This document shows, piece after piece, positions 17,066 through 26,200 of a stretch of 64,000 nt of DNA. The notes under the pieces are model-generated. The model was not told where the DNA came from. It did not search any database and was given only the letters and a program-made list of their open reading frames with translations. Made by a program: the position numbers and the translations under genes. Location: contig DATJIW010000054.1 of NCBI GenBank assembly GCA_035492775.1, forward strand, positions 1,749 through 65,748. Direction: 5' to 3'. Positions within the stretch are counted from its first letter, which is position 1. The number at the start of each line of letters is the position of its first letter. This DNA comes from Vicinamibacterales bacterium. Its GTDB lineage: Bacteria; Acidobacteriota; Vicinamibacteria; Vicinamibacterales; 2-12-FULL-66-21.

Positions 17066-20000
17066 ATGCGAGGGTCCCGACGCTCTGCCGGCGTAGCGAT
17101 CGCGCTGGCGCTGGCCGCGACCATGGCGAGCCGCCCGGCGGCGCAATCGCACCCGGTCACCCAGAAGCAGAAGCTCGACGCGGATTACACGGCGAAGATC
17201 AAGGAATACCTGCAAGACCCGCGGATTACGACCGAGCTCGTCGATCATCTTCCGGCATCCGATACGGTGCCGACGCCGTTGAAAGTGCTGGGCCATATGC
17301 CCGGCACACCCGGCGAACTGACGCACAACGCGGACATCAATCGGTATTTCGATGCCATTGCGAAAGCATCGCCGCGCGTGAAAGTCTGGCGGATCGGCAA
17401 GAGCGAGGAAGGCCGCGAGATGATTCTCGCGGCGGTAGCCGACGAAGCGACTATCAAGAATATCGACAAATACAAGTCGATGATCGCGCAGCTCACAGAC
17501 CCGCGTAAGACAACACAGGAACAGGCACAACAGCTGATCAAGACTGCCAAGCCGATTTACTACTTCAATAGCGGCATGCATTCGCCGGAGACCGGCGGCC
17601 CCGAGATGCTGATGGAGCTGGCTTATCGCCTCGCGGTCGAGGAGACGCCCTTCATCCAGAACATCCGCAACAACGTCATCACGCTGATCACGCCGGTTGT
17701 CGAGACCGACGGCCGCGACAAGGAAGTCGACACCTACTATTTCAACAAGAAGCAGCCGGCGGGCGCGCCCCGCCTGCAGTTGATGTACTGGGGCAAATAC
17801 GTTCAGCACGACAACAACCGCGATGGTATGGGGCAGTTCCTCGCGCTGACCCGCAACGTCGAGAAGGCCAACCTCGATTGGAAACCGACGGTCCTGCACG
17901 ACCTGCACGAGGCGCAGACGTACCTTTACGCCTCGACCGGAACCGGTCCCTACAACGACGCGATCGATCCGATCACGATCGACGAGTGGTGGATGCTCGC
18001 CGAGAACGACGTGATGGAAATGACGAAGCGCGGGGTGCCGGGCGTGTGGACGTACGGCTTCTACGACGGGTGGGTCCCCAACTACATGTTCTTCATCGCG
18101 CACGGCCACAACGCGATTGGACGCTTCTACGAGGTTCAGAGCTATGGGCCGGATCCTTATACCGTCACCCCCGGAGCGACGACGACGAGCCGGGAGTGGT
18201 TCCGTCCAAATCCCCCGCTGCCGTCGATCAAATGGGGTCCGAGGAACAACACGAACATCCAGGAATCCGCCGCGCTCTTTGCATTGAGCCACGTCGCGAA
18301 GAACAAGGAGCTGTATCTCGAAAACTACTGGCTGAAGAACAAGCGAGCGGTCGAGAAGGGAAAGACAGGGCCCATCTACGCGTGGGTGATTCCTGCCGCG
18401 CAGTATCGAAAGGCGGACGCGGCCCAGGCCGTGAACGACCTGCGCGCGCAGGGTCTCGAGATTCACCGCGCTGCCGCCGCCTACAAGGCCGGCGACATCG
18501 ACGTCAAGCCGGGCGATTACATCGTCCGCGGTGATCAGCCGTATCGAACGATCGCGGACATGTATTTCTCGGTGCAGAACTACGCGCCGGCCAATCCGCG
18601 TCCGTACGACGACACCGGCTGGACGTTCCAGTACATGCGCAACGTGTCGATCAAAACGGTCGGCGAGAATGGCAAGGCGCTGCTCGAGCAGCCGATGACG
18701 CTCATCACCACCGACGTCCAGGCGCCTGGCAGCATTGAAGGCACGGGACCGGTCCTGATCGTCGAGCACACGACTGACAACAACCTGATGCGATTCCGGT
18801 TCGCGAATGCGAACGTGAAGATGCAGGCCGCCGAGAGCGATTTCGACGTGAACGGCCGCACGCTTCGCGCCGGCGCGTTCATCATTCCGAACGCCGACCG
18901 CGCTGCGCTCGAGCCGATGATCAAGGCACTGGGTCTGACTGCATATGCCGTCGCGTCGGCGCCCTCGGTACGCGTGCACGATCTCGACGTGCCGCGCATC
19001 GGCTACGTCCACAGCTGGTCGCGCACGCAGGATGAAGGATGGGTGAGAGCGGCGCTCGACACTTATGGCGTGCCCTATACCTACTTCGGCGATGTGAAGC
19101 TGCGCGAGGGCAACCTGCGCCAGAAATACGACGTGATCATCTTCCCGCACGTCGGCGGGACAGCGCAGTCGCAGGTCAACGGCATCCCGAAGGTCGGCAA
19201 CACGCCGCTCCCTTACAAGAAATCAGCGGAGTTCCCCAGTCTGGGCGCAAACGATTCGTCAGACGACATTCGTGGAGGCATGGGATATGAGGGACTGATC
19301 GAGCTGGTGAAGTTCGTCCAGCAGGGCGGAACGCTCATCACCGAAGGGTCGACATCGACGATTCTGCCGGAGTACCACGTCACGAGCGGCGTGGCGGTCG
19401 AGAATCCGTCGAGGCTGTTCGTTCGCGGATCGATTCTGCGGGGAATCTTCACGGACAAGACCAGCCCGCTGCTCTATGGCTACCAGGGCAAGGAAGTTCC
19501 GGTGTACTTCAATCAGGATCCCGTGTTGGCCGTCAGCGCTGGCAGTGGTTTTGGCGGTCGCGGCGGCTTCGGCGGCGGCGAGGAGATCCCTGGCGTCGGG
19601 ATGAACATCACGCCGATGGCGTCTGCGCCGCAGCAGCAGCTGGCGGCTTACGATCCGGACTTCGGCACCGAGCCGGAGAATCTCACGACGCGGCCGTCTC
19701 CGGCCGACGTTGCGGCCGTCCGTCAAGGGCTCGGCGGGGGGCGCGGTGGCGGCCGCGGAGCGGGGGGAGCAGCCGGCCGAGGCGGCGCAACGGCGGGTGG
19801 GCAGCGTGGTGCCGGCGGCCGCGAAGGTGCGGGCGCAGCGCTGCCGGACGCGCCGCGCGTGGTCATGGAGTTCCCGTCGAATCCCAATGACATGCTGCTG
19901 TCAGGCACGCTCGCCGGTGGCGAGGCGCTGGCGAATCGTGCGCAACTCGTCGATATTCCGCTCGGTGACGGCCACGTGGTCTCGTTTGCCATCCGGCCGT

Positions 20001-20119
20001 TCTGGCGATGGCAGACGCAGGGCACGTATTTCCTGGCGTTCAACGCGATCCTGAATTGGAACGACCTGAACGCCGGCAGGACGGCGGCGGATCCGGCGGT
20101 CGCGCCGGCGGCCCGTTGA
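17066..20119 (+). CDS. Large secreted M14-like (zinc carboxypeptidase family) protein with a Gly/Arg-rich region near the C-terminus
   Basis: RBS GGAGGA, then ATG 17066. Signal-like N-terminus MRGSRRSAGVAIALALAATMASRPAAQS. Zn motif context NSGMHSPETGGPEMLMELAYRL. The 5' part of the track ORF (16094..17065) was rejected. Confidence 0.78.
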   Translation: MRGSRRSAGVAIALALAATMASRPAAQSHPVTQKQKLDADYTAKIKEYLQDPRITTELVDHLPASDTVPTPLKVLGHMPGTPGELTHNADINRYFDAIAKASPRVKVWRIGKSEEGREMILAAVADEATIKNIDKYKSMIAQLTDPRKTTQEQAQQLIKTAKPIYYFNSGMHSPETGGPEMLMELAYRLAVEETPFIQNIRNNVITLITPVVETDGRDKEVDTYYFNKKQPAGAPRLQLMYWGKYVQHDNNRDGMGQFLALTRNVEKANLDWKPTVLHDLHEAQTYLYASTGTGPYNDAIDPITIDEWWMLAENDVMEMTKRGVPGVWTYGFYDGWVPNYMFFIAHGHNAIGRFYEVQSYGPDPYTVTPGATTTSREWFRPNPPLPSIKWGPRNNTNIQESAALFALSHVAKNKELYLENYWLKNKRAVEKGKTGPIYAWVIPAAQYRKADAAQAVNDLRAQGLEIHRAAAAYKAGDIDVKPGDYIVRGDQPYRTIADMYFSVQNYAPANPRPYDDTGWTFQYMRNVSIKTVGENGKALLEQPMTLITTDVQAPGSIEGTGPVLIVEHTTDNNLMRFRFANANVKMQAAESDFDVNGRTLRAGAFIIPNADRAALEPMIKALGLTAYAVASAPSVRVHDLDVPRIGYVHSWSRTQDEGWVRAALDTYGVPYTYFGDVKLREGNLRQKYDVIIFPHVGGTAQSQVNGIPKVGNTPLPYKKSAEFPSLGANDSSDDIRGGMGYEGLIELVKFVQQGGTLITEGSTSTILPEYHVTSGVAVENPSRLFVRGSILRGIFTDKTSPLLYGYQGKEVPVYFNQDPVLAVSAGSGFGGRGGFGGGEEIPGVGMNITPMASAPQQQLAAYDPDFGTEPENLTTRPSPADVAAVRQGLGGGRGGGRGAGGAAGRGGATAGGQRGAGGREGAGAALPDAPRVVMEFPSNPNDMLLSGTLAGGEALANRAQLVDIPLGDGHVVSFAIRPFWRWQTQGTYFLAFNAILNWNDLNAGRTAADPAVAPAAR

Positions 20120-20163
20120 GGGCGGGGGGCGACTAAACCCTTCTGTACACGGGAGTAGAAATC

Positions 20164-20200
20164 CTTTGCATTGCAAAGTTGAGTTCAGTTACACTAGTGT
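20164..20200. promoter_or_regulatory. Two perfect palindromes (CTTTGCA-T-TGCAAAG at 20164-20178; ACACTAGTGT at 20191-20200) upstream of the YjbQ-like gene
   Basis: Read directly. The patch is AT-rich and lies 13-50 nt upstream of ATG 20213. Candidate operator sites. Confidence 0.35.
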
Positions 20201-20212
20201 GTCGGAACGGTA

Positions 20213-21277
20213 ATGTCCTTGTCCCCAGTTGAGGTCACGCTCGAACTGACACCGCGGTCCCGCTTCGACATCATCGATGTGAGGCGGCGGTTGCGGGTCG
20301 ACCACGGCGACCTGCTCGATGGCTATTCGCGCCATCTGTACCATTCCTTTCACACGACGGCGGGATATCTCGAGCAGAGTCTCGCGGCGCGTCTGACCCG
20401 AGAACGCGACACCGTCGCGCCGTATGTCGAAGCGTTCAGGGCCATGTTCCCGGAAGGCGCCGGATACGAACACGATCAGCTGCACCGGCGTCAGGATTTG
20501 ACGACCGAAGAGCGCGCCGTCGAGCCGCAGAATGCGGACTCGCACCTGACCTTCATGGCGGCTGGGCTGAGCACGTGTGTGAGCTACGTGAACCGTCGCG
20601 ACGAGGCGGTTTGTTTCGTCGATCTCGATGGCGTCACGAACGGCCGCCCGCGGCGTCGCCTGACGTCGATTGTCGGGTTCAATCGCGAGAAGGAAGTCGG
20701 TCGCATTCGCATACCGGTGCCGGTTTCCGATCATCCGGTGGATTCGATCAACCTGAAGGATCCGCGGCTGGGGATCTACGACGAGATCGTGACGCTCGTC
20801 ACGCGGCACGGTGTGACGACGGGACGGGTGAGGCTGGAGCTGGCGCGCGGCGAACGTCAGGCCGGCCTGACGGTGAACGAGTACGAAACGCTGCTGATGC
20901 GGCAGGACCTCGCCGACGTGCTGCGCAATCCGTTCCGCTTCGCGGCGGAGAAGGGGCGGAGCATCTTCGCGCATCCGCGGGCGATTCCGTCGAAGGCGCT
21001 CGACTACGCAAAGTACGACATGGTGCGTGCGATGAACCAGGTTCTCGACGTCACCGGGCTGCGCGAATCGCTGCTGGAGCGTCTGTTCGCGCGGGCGATT
21101 GCCGTGCCGGCAGGACGGTTCCTGCGGATGAAGCGCTCGGTCAACCTGCGCGTGCGCGAGAGTGATGGCCGCGGCGTCATTGCGGACGGCCGGTATCAGA
21201 GCCCGATTCTCGTGCAGTGGCACCGCGCCGATCGGCGCACCCGCATCCTCGAAGCCACCCTCACGCGCTTCGAATAA
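20213..21277 (+). CDS. Tandem YjbQ/UPF0047-like (secondary thiamine-phosphate synthase family) protein
   Basis: 354 aa. The first half has YjbQ-like HSFHTTAGYLEQ ... NADSHLTFMAAGLS. The second half repeats the pattern (GLTVNEYE ... QSPILVQWHRADRRTRILEATL). Assignment is by eye only. Confidence 0.6.
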   Translation: MSLSPVEVTLELTPRSRFDIIDVRRRLRVDHGDLLDGYSRHLYHSFHTTAGYLEQSLAARLTRERDTVAPYVEAFRAMFPEGAGYEHDQLHRRQDLTTEERAVEPQNADSHLTFMAAGLSTCVSYVNRRDEAVCFVDLDGVTNGRPRRRLTSIVGFNREKEVGRIRIPVPVSDHPVDSINLKDPRLGIYDEIVTLVTRHGVTTGRVRLELARGERQAGLTVNEYETLLMRQDLADVLRNPFRFAAEKGRSIFAHPRAIPSKALDYAKYDMVRAMNQVLDVTGLRESLLERLFARAIAVPAGRFLRMKRSVNLRVRESDGRGVIADGRYQSPILVQWHRADRRTRILEATLTRFE

Positions 21278-21278
21278 G

Positions 21279-21322
21279 GCGAAATGGGGACAGTCCCCTT
21301 TTTTCGCAAAAAATGGGGACAG
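21279..21322. repeat. REP cluster 1 (one full palindromic unit GCGAAATGGGGACAGTCCCCTTTTTTCGC plus one half unit)
   Basis: Read directly. Begins 2 nt after the stop of the YjbQ-like gene. Confidence 0.85.
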
Positions 21323-21378
21323 CCGGTGATCGTCATCGCGCGTACTGGCGCAGGCATGTCGCTTGCCCTCGCCATGTC

Positions 21379-22059
21379 ATGCCCAGACGCGCTCGTATCT
21401 CACCGGACGGCTTCGTCCAGCACGTGATCAACCGCGGCGACCACCGCGAAACGATCTTTCACACCCGCGCCGATTTCGCTGCATTCCTTGCATTTATGGC
21501 CGCCGCGGCGCGCCGCGTCCCCATGCGGATCCTGGCCTACTGCATCATGCGAAACCACTTCCATCTGCTGCTCTGGCCATACAAGGGGATCGATCTTTCT
21601 GCGTACATGCAGCTCCTGATGAATCTGCACATTCAGCGGTACCTGAGACAACACCGCCCCTCCAGTCCCGGTCACATCTACCAGGGACGGTATCGGAACG
21701 TCATCGTGCAGAGCGGTCCTGAAGTCTTGAGGGTTGCACGTTATGTGGAGGCGAACCCGCTCGTTGCGGGGCTGGTGAAGCGCGCTGACGACTACAAGTG
21801 GTCGAGCCTGTGGCGTTTCGCGGAACGTCCCGGACGGCCGAAACTGGAACCCGACGTCATCGAACGCTCAAGAGCGTGGCTTCAGTTCGTCCATGAATCG
21901 ATCGGCGAGGAGTCGACGGCTGAGATTGGACGTCGGATCAAGAAAGGCCTGCCTATCGGCGATGACGAATGGACGGCTCGGGTGGTGGCGGCGCATGGAC
22001 TCCAACACGCGACGCGTGGACCGGGTCGTCCTCGCGTGTACGAGGTGTTACCGCCGTAG
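21379..22059 (+). CDS. REP-associated tyrosine transposase (RAYT; IS200/IS605-like Y1 HUH transposase)
   Basis: 226 aa from MPRRARISPDGFVQHVINRGDHRETIF. HUH motif MRNHFHLLLW. Catalytic-Tyr helix ARYVEANPLVAGLV. Flanked by REP clusters. Confidence 0.85.
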   Translation: MPRRARISPDGFVQHVINRGDHRETIFHTRADFAAFLAFMAAAARRVPMRILAYCIMRNHFHLLLWPYKGIDLSAYMQLLMNLHIQRYLRQHRPSSPGHIYQGRYRNVIVQSGPEVLRVARYVEANPLVAGLVKRADDYKWSSLWRFAERPGRPKLEPDVIERSRAWLQFVHESIGEESTAEIGRRIKKGLPIGDDEWTARVVAAHGLQHATRGPGRPRVYEVLPP

Positions 22060-22070
22060 CGTTGACCAGG

Positions 22071-22140
22071 CTGTCCCCATTTTTTGCGAAAAATGGGGAC
22101 AGTCCCCTTTTTTGCAAAAAAATGGCGGCTGTCCCCTTTT
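22071..22140. repeat. REP cluster 2 (about 2.5 alternating units: CTGTCCCCATTTTTT / GAAAAATGGGGACAGTCCCCTTTTTTGC / AAAAAAATGGCGGCTGTCCCCTTTT)
   Basis: Read directly. Lies between the RAYT stop (22059) and the thiO start (22176). Confidence 0.85.
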
Positions 22141-22175
22141 CCGGGGCCGCGCGCGCAGCGCGATAAGATCGCACG

Positions 22176-23258
22176 GTGGATGCGATCGTCGTCGGCGCAG
22201 GAGTCATCGGGTGCGCCATCGCGCGTGAGCTCGCAGACCGCGGCGTCGCATGCACCATCGTCGACGACCGCGCGGTTGGTGCCGGCGCGACGCAGGCGTC
22301 CGCCGGTATGCTCGCTCCGTACGTCGAGGCGCATGACGCGGGCCCGCTGCTCGACCTCGGCGTACGAAGTCTCGCGCTCTACGACGCCTGGGTCGACGCC
22401 ATCCGCACCGAATCCGGTCTCGACGTCGAGTATCGCCGCATCGGTACACTCGAGATCGCCCTCGACCGTCCGCACGCCGGAGAGCTCCGCGCGCAGTCGG
22501 GCACGCGTCTCCAAGGCCGCACATGGCTCGATTCGGCAGCGGTCAGCCAGCGCCTGCCGTCGCTCGCATCCGTCGAGGGGGCGCTCTTCACGCCGGCGCA
22601 CGGCTACGTGTCGGCGCACGACCTCACGCACGCCCTCGCACGCGCGGCAGAACGCCGCGGCGTCCGTTTTCACTCCGCACGCGTCAGGCGAATCACCTGC
22701 GACGCGAACGGGTTCACACTGGAAACAGGCGCGGGCACGCTCGCGGGTTCGTTCGTCGTCCTTGCCGCCGGCGCATGGACCAACGGCATCGCGATCGACG
22801 GCGCGACGGTCCCGCCGATTCGTCCGGTGCGCGGCCAGCTGCTGCACCTCGGGTGGAATGAGCGCCCGCTCGACGTGATCGTGTGGGGACCGGAGTGTTA
22901 TGTAGTGCCGCGGCTCGATGGGACCGTGCTCGTTGGCGCGACGGTCGAGGACGTCGGCTTCGACGAGCGCGCGACCGCCGCAGGGGTCCGCGATCTTCTC
23001 GACGCTGTCTGCGATCTGATTTCGGGCGGATGGGGCGCGGCGTTCCTCGAAGTCCGCGTGGGACTGCGTCCGGCGACTCCCGATGATCTGCCGGCCATTG
23101 GCCGCGACCCCGCGATCGCGAAGTTGATCCACGCGTCAGGCCATTATCGCAACGGTGTACTTCTCGCGCCGATCACCGCCGCCGCAGTCGCCGATATCGT
23201 GACCGCCGATCGCGATGACCCGGCGCTCCAGCCATTCGCGCCGGGACGATTCCGGTAA
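22176..23258 (+). CDS. thiO: FAD-dependent glycine oxidase-like oxidoreductase (DAO family)
   Basis: GTG start. Dinucleotide motif DAIVVGAGVIGCAIAREL and C-terminal GHYRNGVLLAPITA, typical of ThiO. The symbol is tentative. Confidence 0.75.
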   Translation: MDAIVVGAGVIGCAIARELADRGVACTIVDDRAVGAGATQASAGMLAPYVEAHDAGPLLDLGVRSLALYDAWVDAIRTESGLDVEYRRIGTLEIALDRPHAGELRAQSGTRLQGRTWLDSAAVSQRLPSLASVEGALFTPAHGYVSAHDLTHALARAAERRGVRFHSARVRRITCDANGFTLETGAGTLAGSFVVLAAGAWTNGIAIDGATVPPIRPVRGQLLHLGWNERPLDVIVWGPECYVVPRLDGTVLVGATVEDVGFDERATAAGVRDLLDAVCDLISGGWGAAFLEVRVGLRPATPDDLPAIGRDPAIAKLIHASGHYRNGVLLAPITAAAVADIVTADRDDPALQPFAPGRFR

Positions 23259-23298
23259 GCAGCCTCGCTCGCCAGGACGCGCGTCCCGCCTGACGCCC

Positions 23299-26200
23299 TT
23301 ACAGTCCGCCGCCGCCACCGCCCGTCGTCGTTGCCCCGGTCGTGGTCGCACCGGTCGTGCTGACCGTCGCGCCGGTGGTGGTCGTCGACGACGACGTCGC
23401 AGGAATCGTAACCGTGCCGCCGGAGACAGGCGACGCGAGCGCCCCGGACGGATTCACGCGCTGCACCGTCTCGAAGGCGATGAGCGCGAGTTGATAGTCG
23501 AGCTGCGCCTGCAGCTCGTTGTTTCTCGCCACCGCGAGATCGCGCTGCGCCTGAATGACGTTGAAGTTCGTGGACATCCCGACTTCATACCGCTTCTGTT
23601 CGGCATCGAGCCGCTGCTCCTGCAGCTCGCGCGCGGCACGCGTCGTATCAATCCGCTGCCGATTCTGGTCGACATTCAACGCCGCCTGCCGGACGTCGCG
23701 CACCACGTGAAGCTCGGAGCTGCGGAGCGACGCCTGCAACTGCTCGCGCGAGAGTTCCGACTGCGCCAGCAGCGATCGATCCACGCTGCGACCCAGCGGA
23801 TACGTCAGGGTCACGCCGACGGTCCACGTCGGGTAGTCGGATGCGAACACCTGCCGCAGCACATCTCCGAATGCCGTGCCCGGACCCGGCGTGATCGTTC
23901 CCGGAAACCCGCCGGTGCGAATGAGTTCCGTTCCGCCGAGCCCGTTGGTCAAGTACTCCGCGTTCACCCGAAGATCCGGCAGCACCTGGTTCTTCGCGAG
24001 CGTCACCTGCGTTTCGCTGATGTCGATCTGCTTGCGCGTGCGCTGCAGGTCGGTGCGCTGCGTCAGCGCGTTGCGCACCGCCGCGTCGATGTCGACCACT
24101 GGACCGATCGGAGGCACGACGTCGGTCGGCTGCAGCCGCACGGACCAGTAATCCTGTCTCTTCGGGTCGAGAACCAGGATCCGAAGTTCATCCTCCGCCT
24201 GCCTCGCCTGCGTCTGCGCAACAATCAGGTTCTCGCGACGCTGCGCCACCTCGGCCTGCGCCGACACGAGGTCGAGCGGCGGAGATTGTCCGACGTCCAC
24301 CCGGGCGCGATTCGTCCGCTCGAGCTCGAGCGAAAGGTCCAGCGACTGCTGCTGCACGCTGACGGCGGCGTTCGCCAGCACGAGGTTCCAGTACGCCCGC
24401 TCCGCGCCGGCAGTCACTGTCGTGGCCAGTTCCTGCAGTCCGATGTTCGCGATGTCATTCGTGCGCTCGGCCGTGGTGACCTGCGCGCGAAACGGATCGA
24501 TCCTGAAATTCCGGAGCAGGGGCTGCGAGACGATGCCCTGCAGGCTGGCGGTCACCGACGGGTTGAAATTGGACAGCGTGCTGCTCGCGTTCGTGCGCGC
24601 GGAGTTCCACGAGACGTTGTAGCTGGCGCCCCCCCATGGCAACTGCTGCACCAGCCCGACGTTGCCCGTCCAGAGATCGGTCCGGACACCCTGCGTTCCG
24701 AAAAAGACGCTCGTCGGCGGCGCCTGCTGGACGTTCTTCTGCAAGCCGCTCTGAAATGTCGGCAGGAAGACGGCTCGCGCTTCGGCCACTCGCTCGGTGG
24801 TAATGCGCGGCTCGTACCCCGCCGCCACGAGATCCGGATTGTTCGCGGTCGCCATCTGCACCGCCTGCTCGGCGGTAAGGGCCAGCGCGGCGGAGGTCTG
24901 CGCCGGCGCCGCCGCCTGCGCCGCCTGCGCGGGCGACGGCTGGGTCCCTGTCTGCGCGTTCGCCCGGACGGGGATCGCCAGCGCGATCAGAAGCGCTCCA
25001 GCCGTCGCTGTGGCCGCGCGCCCGAACCGCAGCCACGACCGCACGCGCAGCCGCGAGAGGTCGTCGAGGAGCGAATACGCAACGGGTGTGACGACGAGCG
25101 ACAGCAGCAGCACGAGTGACTGTCCGCCGATGATCACGAACCCGATTGCGCGATTCGTGCCCGCCCCGATGCCGCTCGAGAGCACCAGCGGAATCATGCC
25201 CGCGACGAAGGCGAACGTCGTCATCAAAATGGGCCGCAGCCGATCCCGGCTGGCCTGCAGGACTGCCGCATCGCGTTCCATGCCTCGCTCCCTGAGCTGG
25301 TTGGCGTGATCGATCTGAAGGATCGAATTCTTCTTGACGACTCCAAACAACACGAGCAACCCCAGTGCTGAGAAGATGTTGAGCGACTGCCCGGCGATGA
25401 TGATCGACAACAGCGCGAAAGGCAGCGTGAGCGGAAGCGACAGCAGAATGGTGATCGGGTGCAGCCACGACTCGAACTGCGCCGCCAGAATCAGGTACAT
25501 GAACACCAGCGACAGTACGAACGCGATCAGGAAATTCTGAGCCGCCCGGCCGAGCTCTCTCGACCGTCCCGCAAACGTAGTACTGTAACCCGCTCCCATG
25601 TTCAGCGCATCCGCCGCCTTTGTCATGGCGTCCATCGCAGGCGTCTGCGACGCGCCTGGAAGGAGCCCGGCGAACACGGTGACCTGGCGCTGGCGGTTGA
25701 GACGGTCGATGTTGCTTGGCGCGGTGCCGTTGGTCAGATCCGCGATGTTCCTGAGCGGCACGCTCCCGATGGTGGAAGATGGCACCGTCAGCTCGCCGAT
25801 GGACGCCGCGGAAGCGCGCTGCGCACCCAGCGCGCGGACGTGCACTTCGTACTGCTCGCCGTTTTCGTCGTAGGTCGTGACCTGGTCCCCGCCGACGAGC
25901 AGGCGCAGCGCCTCCGCCGAGTCCGCGATCTGGACGCCCAGGTCCGACGCTTTCAGCCGGTCGATGTGCACCGAGATCTCGGGCTTCCCGACATTCAGCG
26001 ACGTATCGACGTCCACGACCCCGGGCATGCTGCGCGCTGCAGCGGCCACGGAATCGGCGTAGTGCTGCAGCTTGTTCAGATCCGGACCGCTGATCGTGAA
26101 CTGAATATCCGCGTTCTGGTTGCCGCCGCCGCCGATGGTCGCGATCGGCCGTACGCCGGTCCGCAGATGCGCCGCTGCGAACGTCGGGAGGATGCCATCC

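Larger units (their letters stand above)
21279..22140. mobile_element. REPtron: a RAYT transposase gene flanked on both sides by clusters of palindromic REP units (core GGGGACAGTCCCC within A-run / T-run arms)
   Basis: The left cluster (21279-21322) and the right cluster (22071-22140) bracket the HUH/Y1 transposase gene. Confidence 0.8.

Noticed and set aside
16925-19150. Upstream two-thirds of the 1110-aa minus-strand track ORF 15818..19150
   Set aside because: Only the last 368 codons (from MLARFKVPLSWMD) look like a real protein (YihY family). The remainder is Arg/His/Val-rich with no hydrophobic or domain pattern. It is antisense to the well-supported M14-like gene on the plus strand, which is typical of stop-poor antisense frames in GC-rich DNA.
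21953-22258. Small ORFs translating the REP clusters (peptides such as KMGTVPFFAKKWRLSPF, KNGDSPLFCKKMAAVPF; also 60812..61315 and 61025..61210)
   Set aside because: They are read from palindromic repeats on both strands and in several frames. The similar-looking peptides are a by-product of the DNA palindrome, not evidence of coding.
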